Shown here in pieces: positions 39,301 through 54,300 of a stretch of 64,000 bases of DNA (position 1 is the first letter of the stretch; every line of letters begins with the position of its first letter). The stretch lies in IMG/VR virus record IMGVR_UViG_3300020048_000069; one strand, given 5' to 3'. Both the position numbers and the translations under genes were made by a program. The stretch comes from an uncultured virus (IMG/VR IMGVR_UViG_3300020048_000069). Taxonomy: Duplodnaviria > Heunggongvirae > Uroviricota > Caudoviricetes. The notes under the pieces are model-generated. The model was not told where the DNA came from and ran no database searches. It was given only the letters and a program-made list of their open reading frames with translations.

Positions 39301-42300
39301 AAAGAATACAGATCAGGCACAACTTAGAAACAACACCCCGGACGCATCTGATGTAAGCGCACCATCCGGGGTTACTTCTGAAGCTGATGTGCCAGGCGCA
39401 CAAACAGTTACGCCACCGCTCGATGAAGCTGAGGCAGCATCAAAACAACCTTGGGAAATGAGTTATGAAGAATTGCGTAATGCCGTATCACCTTCGACAA
39501 AAGAAGAGTTAGAAAAATCTCGTCCTCTTTTAAAAGAACTTTACAAAGATCAACTATCGGATGCCGGTGATCCCTGGGGGTTGGTTCGAGCAGTTGAAAA
39601 AGGTGATGAGCTACCAAGAACACCTACAGTTGATTTATCTCAAAGACATAGAAAGGCAATTCTAACCGCTATATCCGAAGGTAAGCAGATACCTCAAAAT
39701 GTTCTTGATGAATATCCAGGATTGCAAGATACTTTGACTGGTGAAGCGGAGGCAGCACCCAACACTACTGGACAGCTACCAACACAAGCTCCCAACGTTA
39801 CCAGCGAAGCTCCCAACATTACAGATAACAAACCTGCTCATTTAATGACAAAAGATGAACACGATAAAGTTTTCGATGATATTATCGGTGCTGGTGATTC
39901 TGTTAAACCTGACTATGATGCAATAAAGAAACATGACACCTTGTTGACTTTCGCAAAAGGGAAGTTTGAAAAGGTACAGAAACAGTTTGATAACTCTTCA
40001 GCGCCGAGCTTAGAATTGCGTAGCAACCTCGACAAAGCACGAACGAAATATGAATTATTATCAGCAGAAAATCAAGAATTGCATGATGGCGCAAATGCGA
40101 ATTGGGATAACAGACAGGCTGAAAGAGTAAGAACCGCCAAGGAAAAGTATCAACATCTTATTGATTCTGGAAACATTCAAGAGCAACCACATAAACCAGG
40201 CCAGTCATGGTTGACGATAGAGCAACACAAGGACGCTGTTAAAAATGCTGTGAAGTCTGGACAGCTATCCCCTGCGGATTATGCAAGTTTGCATGAAGGG
40301 ACTTACGGGCCGATTGAGAAATTTGCTCCGGGTGTTGCTGCAACAGAAAAAGTTGAGACAGCCGAGACGGGTGTTGTTGCTCGACCGCCTGAAAAAGTTG
40401 GCACCATCGTATCCAACGGCATGGACTTCGGAAAGCTGTATAAGAGTGACGGCAATCCAATGGTTCGTATTGAAAACAAACCAAGTGTACCGTGGACGAA
40501 AGACTGGACGGATGCAGGGGTAGAGGCTGGAAGTGAAATAGGCGTAAGAAAAGTAACTCGCAAAGATGAGCTTCTTGTTGGTAAATTCAAGGCGTTTGTT
40601 CAAAATGCGAAACCGTCTATTGGAGGGACTATAGCTGTTGATGCCTTTGGTGATTCGGAGTACGAAGCGAAAGAACGAGCAATTCAAGCATATAAGGATG
40701 ATATTACCAGCAGGGTTAAACAAACGCAAGCTACTGATAGCAATTTCAATCCATTAGATTTGTTAATGAACAGTGAAGCACAACCGCCTGCTCCGAAGAC
40801 TGTTGAAAAAACCATTACCGCAAAACAAGAAGTCATTTCAAAACTAAGCGATATTCGTGATTCAATATCGAAAGAGATAGCAGACCGTACAGCCAAAGAT
40901 GTAACTGTCCCCAATAATAGCAGGATAGATTGGAATGAAAGACAAGAAATAAAGAGAAACCGTGCTCTCATTAAAGTTGAACAGGTAGCACTTGACGATA
41001 TAAATGATGCAATGAAGCGGGTTGAATCCAATGAGGATATCAGGAAAGTTTTGTCCGATCATAGGTTGAATCTGGATAATTATATTGCGAAGTATAAAGA
41101 CTGGCACGCTGGTATCTTGGAGAAGTTGGAGACTGAGCAACCACCGGCATCTGCAACCGAAGCCTCGCCAAATGACGCAGGTGAAGCGCAAGCGGGTGAA
41201 GGCATACAAGTACAAGGGGTAAAACCAGAAGAATCACAGAATAAGGTAATGGATGCTTATGCAAAAGTAAAAGCGCGAGGGAAGTTTTCAGATGTATGGA
41301 TTTCTGATTTGCAGGAGCAATCTGGTATTGGAATGGATACGCTAAAAACTTTCTTACTAAAAGAGAGCCGTGAAGGAAGAGCTGTATTAAGCCTGGGTGA
41401 TTGGTCACTCTCTTCCGCCGCAAATAAAGCTGGAGTTATAGAGATTAACGGTGATCGGTATATCATGGTTCGGTTTTTGGAACATGCTATTAAGCAGGCG
41501 AAAGAGAAGGCAGCCGTTATCCAAACGCCGGAAGTGGTGCCGGAAGTCACACCAGTTACTTCAGATAAATTGCAAAGCAAAGTTATGACCGCTTATGCAA
41601 AAGTAAAAGAACGGTTCAAGTTTTCTGACGTATGGATTTCTGATTTACGAAATGAAGCTGGAATTGGGATGGATGTACTGGAACCCTTTCTGTTAAAAGA
41701 GAGTCGTGAAGGCCGTGCTGTATTGAGTTATGGTGATTGGTCACTTTCTTCTGATGATGTTCATTCAGCAGCCATAGAGATTAATGGTGATCAACATCTG
41801 ATGGTTCGGTTTTTGGATCATGCTATTAAGCAAACGCCTAAAACTGATAACAGCATCAAAACAGACGTAATCCGTGGTGTTGTAAGCGGCCATGAAGATA
41901 ATTTCATTGGACAGAATGGGAACGGCGTTAATCTATATCAAGATGAAAAAGGCAAGCGATATAAAATAACTGGAGACGTTAGAATTAATGAACCGAATCC
42001 TTTGACTACGAGTCGTGGCGCGGTGATTGGTGTTAGAAAAGATTCTGGATGGCAGACGGTTAAAGAGGTGCAGGATGCCAGTAAAGTTACTGATGATATC
42101 GTTCTTGAGCCTATCGACGAAGAGCCAAAACATGTTTTTAATAAAGAACAATTTGTCAAAGATGTTTTAGCTACAGCTCAAGCGACTAAAACAGGATGGT
42201 TTGGCGAGAAGGTGTTCATATCTCATGTTTGGGATGAGTTCAGTAAAAAGCACCCAGAATATGGTTTTGATATAGATACGTTTAAAAAACAACTTGTTAA

Positions 42301-45300
42301 TTCAGATAGATCAATGTTGAGTCGTGCCGATTTGGTGTCGGTAATGAATCCAAAAGTTGTATCTGAATCTGAAGCTAAATATCTTGGAGCTACGTTTCAT
42401 TTCATTCACGCTCTGCCTGGCGAAAAACTATTTAACTCTGATGGCAAAATACAATCAAGACGTGAAGATGAAACGCCGTCTTCGGCAAAACCTGCTTTAT
42501 ACAAAATTGGTGATATTGTTGTACCTACCAAATATAGCGGTATTAAGGATAATGGGCCTGGTGAAGTTCAGCACTCAACATATTCCAATGGGATGCAGAA
42601 CATTCAGGTTGATGGATATGGTGGGATGCACTTTTATGCTTCTGATTTTGAGTTGTATAACACACCTATTGAACCTGTTGCAAAATCTGATAGAGCAACC
42701 GAAACCAAAGCAGAACCCGAAACACTTAATGATAAACATCAAACTATTACAAATAAAGCCAATTCCTTGAGTTTGGATGAATTAGAATCTATGTTTGATG
42801 ATGTCATTGAAGAAAAACAGACTGCTCCCCCAAGTGTAGAACCATCTGATATCAAAACATCTGTAATAGCACTACCACTATCAACTTCTTCCACAGCAAT
42901 AGTAGCGCAGTCTGGCCGTGATAACAAAAACACCACGGTTGTAGCTACCCGGTCACTTGGAGATATACTGGGTGATGCTACCTTTGCTGGCATGAAAGGT
43001 GTCGATGAATCTCTTAAAGGACTTTTTGAGTTATTTGGTGGTTCGACATTAAAATCGTTTCCTGGCGGATTTGATGAAGACGCTTACCGCAAAGCCAAGC
43101 CACATTTTCAAGCTATGCTTGAAAGTTTTGAATTAGCCGGTAAAAATATCAAAGAGTTTTTCACTGCTATTGCCGACAAGTTCGGAGCTGGAATCAAACC
43201 ATATTTAATGCGATTTATGCAGGATTTAAAAGGTGTTGCTCAGGAAACACCCATAACTGAAACCGATATGGAGAAATCTGAATCAGTTGTAATCCCTGAT
43301 AATAACCAGGATACGGTTGAATCTGAACCTATTGCCGAAACCGAATTGGAAATAAAACCCGAAACTGAACCAGTTGTTGCTACGGATACTGAAACAGGTG
43401 AGGCAATAACTGTCGAGGATGTATCAGGTACAAAAGGGGGAGTCACCGGGAGACACAAAGGCCGCAAGCAAACAGACGTTGGCGAAAAAATGTGGGGAAA
43501 GATTTCTGCAAATAATCATAGCGCCAGGGTTGAACGACTGAACATGGATTTGGAAGATGATTTTTTCAACAAAAATCCTGCATCTGTTCTTCGACTGGTG
43601 AAAAGCAAAACCAGCAAGGCTACCATATTTACCATTATTCCAGTTGAAGGAGCTGCGCCGGGAGTGCGCCGGGTTCTTGATCATATACGGATGAAGTTTC
43701 AGGGTTTTGATGGGTATTATAAACAGTATGGCGGGAATCTGGCAAGTGATATTGAGGAATGGCAGGATCGCGTAAAAGAGAAAGCGGCTAAGTACATCAG
43801 CGCATTGGAAGTTATGCGAGACACATTAAACGGCCATACTACGGTCGAAGGTGTCCGTGATGCCTTTCAGGGGATAATGAATACAGAGGAAACGGCTGTT
43901 CATAACGAGATCCTCAGAATGGCTACATCGTCTGGTCTTCAAGATGTTTTCTCTATGATGGATGGTTCATGGTTTGTTCCTTATATTGATGGTCAGCATG
44001 AAGCAACGAAAGATTTACAGATTCGACGTGAGAGGGTTCGTCTTGAAGATTTGAATATGCCGGGGGATCGCCGGGATGGGAAAGACATTAAGGCGTCCAC
44101 ACTTATTGATGAATTTGAATTGCGAGGGGTTGAGTTTGGAGAATGGGTTGATTCTGTTCATGGGCAGTTATCGGTAAATTTCACCTATGACGCATTTCAT
44201 GACTTGGCTGAAATTATCGGTGCAACGGTTAAGGGAATATCTCTAAACGCAAGAACGCGGCTTGGCATTGCATTTGGAAGTCGTGGGAAGTCGAGCGCCG
44301 CTGCGCATTTTGAACCCGGCAACCACGTTATCAATTTAACCAAAACAAATGGTGACGGATCACTGGCGCATGAATGGGCGCACGCTTTTGACGGGATGAC
44401 CGGGGAGCTTCCGGTTATATTTAAAGATCATGCTGGCAATACTATTGATACCCGTGCTGTGCAGGATTTAAAGAATGCGTTATGCACATCGTTTAATCTG
44501 GACGGGATGGCAAAAGACATTGAAGATTTGCTTCGTGGTGGGGTGAGGCAGGGACGAAAAGTTAAGGCATCCGATAGAGTGAACGCTGCAAAAGAAATGT
44601 TGAAAGGCTGGAAAGCCAAGTATGCAGTCAGAACCGAGTATTTTAAAAATGCCATTGAACTTGATAAGGGTGAGATAAACGCTTATTGGTCAAAAGAAAA
44701 TGAGTTGTTTGCACGGGCGTTTGAGTCGTTTATTGCGGATCAACTGCAAGGGGCTAACCCATATCTGGTGAACAAAGATTTTGTTGCTCCTGGTGGAGTT
44801 GAGGCAATGTTCAACCGAAGTTATGGGGCCTATCCAACAGAAGCAGAACGAAGTCGGTTTAATGGGTTATTCAAAGATTTCTTTGCAGGGCTTGAGTGGA
44901 GCAAAGATGGTATCGCCACGGTCAAAGAAGGATATGAGCCAGTAACCGCCAAGGAAATTCGGCTGTTAAATGATACTGTTGTTGAACTGGAAAGCAAACT
45001 GCAAGATATTTTTGACAGCATGTTCGCCGGAGAACAATCTGCGGATGGATTGTACTGGTATGGATTCAAGGATATGCAGCGGGGCGTTCGGATGCAACCG
45101 GACGGGTATATGGGATTCAATGATGAATTCGATGTGAAAACACTTGAAAACAGTACTGGATTTGCTGGAAAAGGTGCGATAGGATATGGCAACAAGTTAT
45201 CATCATCGGAAGTGTTGGATTATGGCCTTACACCTATAATCCATATAGCGACCGATAAAACAGTTTATTTGGAGGTGAAAGATGGCATTTCCGCACTGCT

Positions 45301-48300
45301 TCGCGAGGATGGCGAAACGGCATTGGGAGGAGCATCGACCACAGATGGTGAAGTATCTGAAAAGCCTGGGGATGTACGAGGAGATACTGGAAGAAGTGGA
45401 CGACAAGACGAGGGACGAGATAGACGATCTATTGGATCGGGGGGGAGCGACACCGGACGCAGCACGGGAGATAGCGATGGATCAGTGGATATATCTACCG
45501 TCGGAGGAAGAACAGAAGATTTTGCCAGCGAGCAGGTGGCCGTATCCTCAACCAAAAACGACTTCCTCTTAACATCTGAGGACATACCAACCAAGGTATC
45601 TGCGGATCAGCATTATCTAAATGCCATTTCTGCAATCAGACTTTTAAAACAGATTGAAACAGAAAATAGACTTGCCACACCAGAAGAACAGCGTGTTCTT
45701 GCGAAGATGCCTGGATGGGGGACGCTGGCTGAATCTTTAGCGTCATATCCAAAAGCAGCCTGGAAGTCACGAGCTGAGGCATTGGCCGCAGAACTTACCG
45801 AAAAAGAGTTACACTCTGCTCAGGATGCAACTCTCACATCTTATTTTACTCCGATTGAAGCACTGGATTTTATTTATAAGGCTGTACAGGGTATGGGTTT
45901 TAATGGTGGCCGCATGTTGGAGCCTGCCGTTGGACTGGGGCATTTTATTGGTGCCATGCCTATGTCAATGCGTAAATCTTCTATGGTTACGGCAGTTGAA
46001 AAAGATGGTTTTCTGGTTCGATTCGCCAAACAGCTTTATCAGAGCGCCGGGATTTTAAATTCAGCTTACGAAAACACCAACATTCCTTCCGATTTCTTCG
46101 ATTTCACGGCAACCAATGTACCGTTTGCTAATTTTGCTCCAACAGATAAAACACACAATCCGTTAAAATTACTGCTTCACGATTACTATATCATTAAATC
46201 CCTGAACATGCTGCGGCCTGGTGGGATCGGTGTCATGCTGACATCATCTGGAACAATGGACAAGACTACAACCACAGCACGAGAAGAAATGGCGCGAGTC
46301 GCTGATTTCCTTGGTGCGGTTCGGCTTCCAAGCAGCGCGTTTAATGCAACTCAATCATCTGTAACAACTGACATTCTGTTCTTCCGAAAGAAAAGTCCGG
46401 ACGCACCGAAGGTGACAAAGCATGAATGGATTAAAACCGTATCACAGAAACTCAAATATTCTCGTGGTGAAGGCGCAGAATACAATCATATCGACATGAA
46501 TCAGTATTTTGTCGATCATCCTGAAATGGTTTTAGGTGAACTTTCAATCAAGTCCGGAAGATATGGTGATAATTATGAAATAAATGTTGCTGGAACCCTT
46601 GCTGATATTGCTGATAAATTAAATGACGTATCAAAACATCTTCCTCAAAACATTTATTATGAAACCGGTAATGTAAATACTCAGGATATTTTAGATATTC
46701 TGGCCAAGCCTGCCGACATCAAAAATGGGTCTTTTTATATTGGAGAAGATGGTGAAGTTTATCAAAATGAAAGTGGAACACCAGTAAAAATTGAAGTTAA
46801 AAATCTTAAAGGTGGCGATAAAAGTCTATCTGATCAACGAAAAGTTGATGTAATAAAAGGTTTTGTAGGGCTTCGAACAAACATTCGTGAAGTGCTTAGG
46901 TCGCAGGCGACAGAAATAAATCCTGGGGATATAAAGAGATTTCAGGCAAGGTTAAGCAAGCAGTATGATTTGTTTGTTAAGAAGTTTGGTTTTTTAAATA
47001 AAAAAGAAAATAGACGATCATTTGTAGGTGATCCAGATTTAGGCATGGTCTTAGGACTTGAGAAATGGGATGCAGATCATGGTATTGCCACTAAGACAGC
47101 CATCTTCACCGAGAATTTAATTGAACGGTCTATCCCTCCAAGCCATGTAGATACCAGCGCAGACGCAATGACGGTATCTCTTAATTTTAGAAACCGTATT
47201 GATCTTCCATACATGGCGAACCTTACCGGCATGACCCAAGAGCAGATTATATCTGAGCTTTCCGGAGAGATATTCAATGATCCTATGATGGGATGGGTCA
47301 CATCCGATCATTATCTGAGCGGGAATATTCTGGATAAAATCAAAGTCGCAGAACAAGCGGCCAAGGCTGATAGCAAGTTCGAGGCAAATGTTAAGGCGCT
47401 TCAAGCTGTTATTCCAACGCCAATTCCTCATGACAAAATTCATGTTCAGTTAGGTAGTTCATGGATTGATCCAGAATATTACAATGATTTCACAACATAT
47501 TTGCTTAATTATGGAAGCAATATACCAGGATTAATTGTATCAAAATCTCCTTTGGGCGCATGGGATATATCGTTTCATGGTGGGACAAACTGGAGAACTT
47601 ATAAAGAAAATAAATCCAAGTCGAAGCAGCGTAAAAGAGATGCTTATTCGATATACGAGGCTCATTCCAGATGGGGCACAGATGGTGACAATGGGAACTA
47701 TTTTTCTTTGCTATCAAATCTTTTAAACGGTACATCGCCGGTTATCTACTATCCAACTGATCAAGGTGAAAAGCGGGAAGTCAATAGAGACGCAACAGAT
47801 GCCGCTATTATGAAGATGTACGAAATCAAAGAAGCGTTCAATAGTTGGTTATGGAAAGATCGCAATAGAAGAGACGAGCTTTCTGCAAAATATAACGAGT
47901 CTATGAATGCTGTAAGACGACAAAAGCCTGATACTTCTCCGCTGCTGCTTCCGGGTAAAGTACCCGATGCCATTATCACATTGGCTGGTCACCAGAACGC
48001 TGCTATCCGCAGATTTTTACAATCCGGGACTGCTTACTTTGCGCACGATGTTGGAACAGGCAAAACCTTTTCGATGATTGCAAGTATCATGGAATCCAAG
48101 AGGCTTGGACTTTCAAAACGTCCGGTGTTATTGGTTAAGAAATCTACCTTAACGCAGATTCAGGAACAGTTCTATCGACTATATCCAGGAGCCAACATTT
48201 TAACCATCAATGTTCCTGATAATGCTGCCGCAAGAGTTAGAGAACTTCAAAAGATTGCAAGTGGTAATTGGGATTGCGTTATCATGACGCATGAATCATT

Positions 48301-51300
48301 TAATAAAATGCCAATTAGTCCTGAAATAGAATCAAATTTTCTGGACGAAGAACGCAGACGGCTGACTATTGCACTCGAAACAATGCGAACAGGCAAATCA
48401 TCTCGCAGATTAATTAAGCAAGTGTCTGCAAAGCTTCAAGGACTTGAGGCAAAAATAAAAGAACTGTCTGAAAAAGATCATGCAAAAGACCCTATCCCAA
48501 CATTTGATGAACTTGGAATAGATATGGTTGTGGCTGATGAAGCGCATGTCTATAAAAATCTGCCTATTGAGACCGTTAAAGGCAATGTCCGGGGGTTGAA
48601 TATCGTAGGATCAGATATGGCCTTTGATATGTTCATGAAAACATCTTATCTACAATCCACATATAAACGAGGCTTGATTTTCGCTTCTGGAACTCCTGTC
48701 ACAAACTCTGTCGGGGAATTATATTCCATTTCCAGATATTTACAGCCTGAAGCATTGCGAGAGAGAGGAATCGAATCATTTGATATATGGGCCAATACCT
48801 TTGGTGATATAGGCCAGGCGACACGTTATGCTCCGGAAGGTGGAGGCTTTCAAACCATAACCAAATTTCGAAATTTTGTTAATCTGCCTGAATTAATGCA
48901 GATGGTTGGTCAGGTTATGGATATCGTAAAGTTTGAAGATACGGGCATGAAGCGGCCACCGATAAAAGATGGGAAGCCTCAATCCGTTGTAATACCACTA
49001 AGTGATCTTACTGCTCGACTGGCTGAGAGCATTAAAGAACGAGCAGTAGCATATCGTAGAGATCCAAAGAGCGTTGCACCGGACAATATGTGGAAGATTA
49101 TTTCTGATGGTCGAAACGCCGCTATGGACCCACGGCTTTATGATCCATCATTTCCTGATATTCCAGAAACTAAAACCAATTATGCTGTTCCTGTAATCAT
49201 GGAATTCTATAACAAGCTTCATGATGCTGTTGATCCAAATGGTAAAGCATATAAGGAAAAGAAAGGTGTCCAGCTTGTTTTTTGTGATCGTGGTGTTCCA
49301 GGTAAGGATAAAGGTTTCCATATTTATGGTGATTTAAAGAAAAAACTTATCAAGTCTGGTATCCCTGAAAAAGAGATTGCATTTATTCACGATGCTACAA
49401 GTGATCAGTCTAAGCAGCAATTGTTCAAAAAAATTCAAAATGGAGATGTTAGAATTATCATCGGTTCTACCGAGAAATTGGGAACTGGTCTTAATGTGCA
49501 AGATAGAATAGTCGCTATCCATAACCTGGATATTGGATGGACGTTTGAAGGTTTTGAGCAGCGCCTTGGTCGGGGGCTTCGATATGGGAACCGAATCAAC
49601 GAGGTCGCCGTATTCAACTATGGTACAGAAAAGACGGTTGATGCGTTTATGTGGGATACCGTGGCAAGTAAGGGCAAGGTTATTGGTCAGGTTATGGTGC
49701 AAAGTCCGATAGCAAGGTCTGCTGATGATATTGCTCTTGATCCCAAAACCATGTCTGGCGATGAAATGGTTGCAGCCTTTTCAAATGATCCACTGGTAAA
49801 AGAGAAGAAAGAACTTGAGGATAATATATCCAGGATGCGGGCTGTACGGGGAGGATTTGAGCGGAGACGTGCAGAATTACAGTCCGAAGTCGCCAAAGCT
49901 CCAGCAAAATTAGAAGGATTAAAAACCAGATTAGATAAGGCTACCAGCGTAGTAAAATCTCTGGAGCCGATAGATGCAATAAAGATGTCAGGCCAAGAAA
50001 ATATATTTGTTTTAAGCAAAGATGGTGGCAAGGCTAATCTTATTGCAGAAAAATATTCTGGTGATATGGACGCAATCAATCGGGCAAAGGCAGGAATAGA
50101 TTCTGGAACCGGTCAAGATACATTGCGGATGATAGGCCATTTTGGGGTATCCTCAGAAGAATTAAAGCAGGTAACTGTTACTGATAAAGATGGTAAAGAA
50201 AGCATTAAGACAGAAAAGATTCTTAATTTTGCTCCATCTGATGCAAGGCTTTTAGTGTTCTTCCAGCAGAGTTGGAATAAAAATGAAATGCTTGCATCGT
50301 TAATGATTCGAACTGGAAAAGGCGAAGTAATACAATATTATGGCCCAGTAGAAGCAGGGGTATCCCGAACGCTAACCACCCTCAAGGGTAAGTTGAATGA
50401 CCAAATATCAGAAGTGAATGCGAGCATTGAAAAGATAAACCGAGAAATGCCAGAAATGCAGGCAGACCTTGAGAAGCCATTTGTTCATGAAAAATCTTTA
50501 TCTGAATCCGAAGCACGGTTATTTGCTGTGAACAGGGAATTAATTGATCAACAGATACGAAATGAGGCAGAAATTGCAAGTAGAAGCACCAAAACTGATA
50601 TAACAAACACCTCCAGCGCAGTAAGCGAACCCGCAAGCGGATATGACGCAACATCAGGCGATAAAATCCTGTTCTCCGATGCTAATGTCACAAAAGACAA
50701 GTCAGGCGTTGGTAGTGTTTCAATGAAACAAGCAGAAAACGCATTACAGCCGATGATTGACAAGGTTAATGCTCAAGGAAAGATAAAGATTATTCTCGAT
50801 GCTTCGGTTGAAACTATTGAAGATATCGCCACAAGAACCGTTATAACCAACTATAAAAATCAAGGAAGAAGAGTAAAGGCTTATCTGGATAATCAGACAC
50901 AAGAAATACATCTGATTGTAGAGAATGCGTCAAGTATTGATGGCTTAACCAAAGCACTTATCCATGAACTCGTTGGACATCATGGGTTGTATGAGTTCAT
51001 GGGTGCTGATTTAACGCCGTTTTTGGACTTCCTGAACCGACATTCAAAATACAGCGAACAAGTAAAAGCAGAGGCCAAGGTGCGTGGTATCAGCATGAAT
51101 ACAAAGGCTGGACAAGATCGCGCAGCTAAAGAGTGGTTCGCCGGTATTGTCGAACGTGGGGAAATTGAACCGAGTCTTTGGACACAGATAGTGAAGTATT
51201 TCAAGTCTGCATTGCGAAACATGGGTTTTAACGTCGAGTTTACCGATAGTGATATTGCTGAAATCATCAGGGGCGCAAGAAAGGCAGTTGAAGGAAGGGG

Positions 51301-54300
51301 CGCTGAGTATAGTAAGTCTGGGGTGTTCGGTAAGCCAGCGTTTGATTTGCAAGACGTGTTTCATGGTGGGCCGCATGTATGGTCGCCGGAGCCTGGTTTT
51401 CCGCATGGCAGGCCAAGGTTGGATAAGATAGGTACGGGGGAAGGTGCGGCGGTTTACGGGTGGGGATGGTATTCGTCTGATACTGAGGCGGTTGGACGGC
51501 AATATAAAGCAGCATTACGTTGGGACGTTATTAAGAAATTTCCGTACAGTAATGTCTCTCAAGCTGCAAGGGAAATCGAAGCGGGTATCCCAGAATTAGA
51601 AGTGCGCGATGGATTATTAATAATGGGAATACCTAAAAAAGAACACGACAACATTATCAAACAAGCAAAAGAAATGCTTGAAAGCATAGGCGCTCTATAT
51701 AAACTGGACATCCCGGATGAAATTATTGGATCTGTGCCGGATGTTGGGTTTTCTAAGGGACGCCCAAGAATTGATATTGACGAGTTATTGTCAGAAATTG
51801 ATAGACAGATTGCTACTGGGAGATCGACGAGTGGCGACATAAAGCCCACGACTACGAAAAGCCTGAACGATGGCACGGCGAGAGACGCAGCATTTGTTGG
51901 CAATATCGTCGAGAGTAGCACCTTCCGAGCGCATGGACTTGGCGGTTTCGATATCCCAACTCAACGGATGATGTATTCTGCTGTGCTCCGTCTTGCTGAG
52001 AACCAGCAAATTTTCGATTCTATTGTCGGACTTATTCCCGTTGACGTGATGAATAACTTCAGACGCAGTAAGTTTTCTTCCGATATTGGCCTCAACAATG
52101 AGGCGGTGAACTTTTCTGGCTCTGTTTCCAAAGGACTGGCGGGAGTACCCATTGGAATCCAACCCGCCAATTCGATCATAGTCGCCACGGCAACTATGGC
52201 CGCAAAAAAGATTCTTGCTCCGCTTAAACTCGCTGGGATACCTATTGATCTCTTTACCGCAGAACGCGCAATTAGTCTTCATCGTGATTCTCCTTCTCAT
52301 GGTTTCGATATAACCAGAATACCACAAGCAGAGTTTTTGTCAACACCAAAAGAGGTATTGTCTAAGATCGCCGTAGTTGACGATAGTAAGCTATTGGACT
52401 GGGACAAATCCTGGAATGATCAGTCTTCTTATGTAAAAAAAGCCATTAGACAAGCATATAAAAATCTTGACCTATATTCTTTAGACTTACGCAACCAACA
52501 GATAAACGGAGAATTCATTTATGATGAAATCCAAAATAGTTTTAACGAGTTTGGTCGTAATATAGGTAAAAAAGAATCTAAAGACTCGCAAAAGGCCGCT
52601 TCTGAATACCTTGCATCCATCGGTATTCCTGGTAACAAATATCTTGATCAATTGAGCCGAAAAGTAAGTGTTAAGCAGAATGTTCAAACAGGAGCCTGGT
52701 TTGTTGATGGTGCCGGGGTTGGTAGAGCGTTTAAGACAAAAGAAGCTGCATGGAGAGAAGCTGAAAAATCAATAAGTCGTAATTACGTTTTGTGGGATCA
52801 AAAAGTCCTGAACCAAGTGGCATTACTTGAACGCAATGGCGAGAAGCTGGACGCAATCAGAGGCGCGGAGAATCAGATTGATTACTCGATGGCTGGACAA
52901 AAGGCCAAAACCGCTGATTTAGGGACGTTGAAGCAAGCTGAGCAGATGGATAAATCAGGGAAAAGTCGTGAAGCAATCCTGAAAGCAACCGGCTGGTGGA
53001 AGGGATATGAAGGAAGTTGGAAGTTCGAGATAATCCCTGAAAACATTCAAACTACCAAAACTTTTGAGACTGTGTTTAATGATTTCAAGAACAAGAATAC
53101 TGGAAAATATCTACAGGCTCCAGTGGTCAACATTGAGAATATCTTACCGAGCCGTAGGCCGGTTATAAAGGGTACAGTTGAAAGATCGGTAGTTGACGAA
53201 AGTTGGGAAATAGAACTGCATAAAACGCCTGAAGGTGGTGGGTTTGTGCAACTTGTCAGTAACGAGGGTGACATAGACATCATTTCGAGACGTGATCTTT
53301 TTGCCGATGCAAAGAAAGTGTACGATAAGCAGATTGAAACTATCAACAATCAGAACGTACAGCAGGCGAAACTTAAGCCGGTAGCTATATGGGAAGGCAG
53401 CGTATCTGATCTTATAAAATATGATGAGTTGTTCAATGCGTATCCAGACTTAAAGAATTTTCAGGTAGTCATAAGGGACAAGACAGCCAAAGACACATCT
53501 GGTGGTTATGCGGCGCCGGATCATATCGCGCTTCTGTTATATGACAAGGATGGCCGGACGTTAAAAAAGTTTGATCCAACCACAAGCGATCTTGAAAATA
53601 AAAACATAGCCAATACCTTAATCCATGAGTTGCAGCATGTGATTCAGAATAAAGAAGATTTTGCCAGAGGCATTGATCCAAAATATATCGCTCTTACTGA
53701 CAAGAATGCCAAGGCCGTTGATGATGCTGATAATAAATTGCCAGAATTCAACAAAGAAAGAATCGCATGGTGGGAATCAAAAGCATACGCCAAGATTGCA
53801 AAAGCAATGAAGAAGGCGTTTAAAACTGGTGATAATGCCGAGTTCGATAAATTGAGAAAAGAAGCCAATGATCCTATTGACGCAATAAACAAAAGAGAAG
53901 AGGCATTTAGAAAATCTATCCGTGGACAAGATGGATCGTATGTAAAATACATGAAGACAATGGGTGAAGCCGAAGCTCGCATGGTTACGATCAGAACGAA
54001 CATGACGCCAGAGCAGCGCAAGGCTGAGGCTCCGTGGGTTACAATGGAAAGGATGATGCTTGACGAAGGGCTGTTGAAACCCGGACAGAAGCCGGAGGAT
54101 GTGCTGGTTAATCGTGGCGCATGGAACGGTTTTTCAATGGCAACATCTGAAGAGTTGAAGGGGATGGGATGGAAGCCTGAAAATGCTCAGAGAACGCAGA
54201 TAACCAACACTGTAAAAACTTATGAGAAGATAAGGGAATATCTACAGTCAATCGGTGTATCAAACAATATTCTTGACTATGGCGCAGGTAAAGGACTTGG

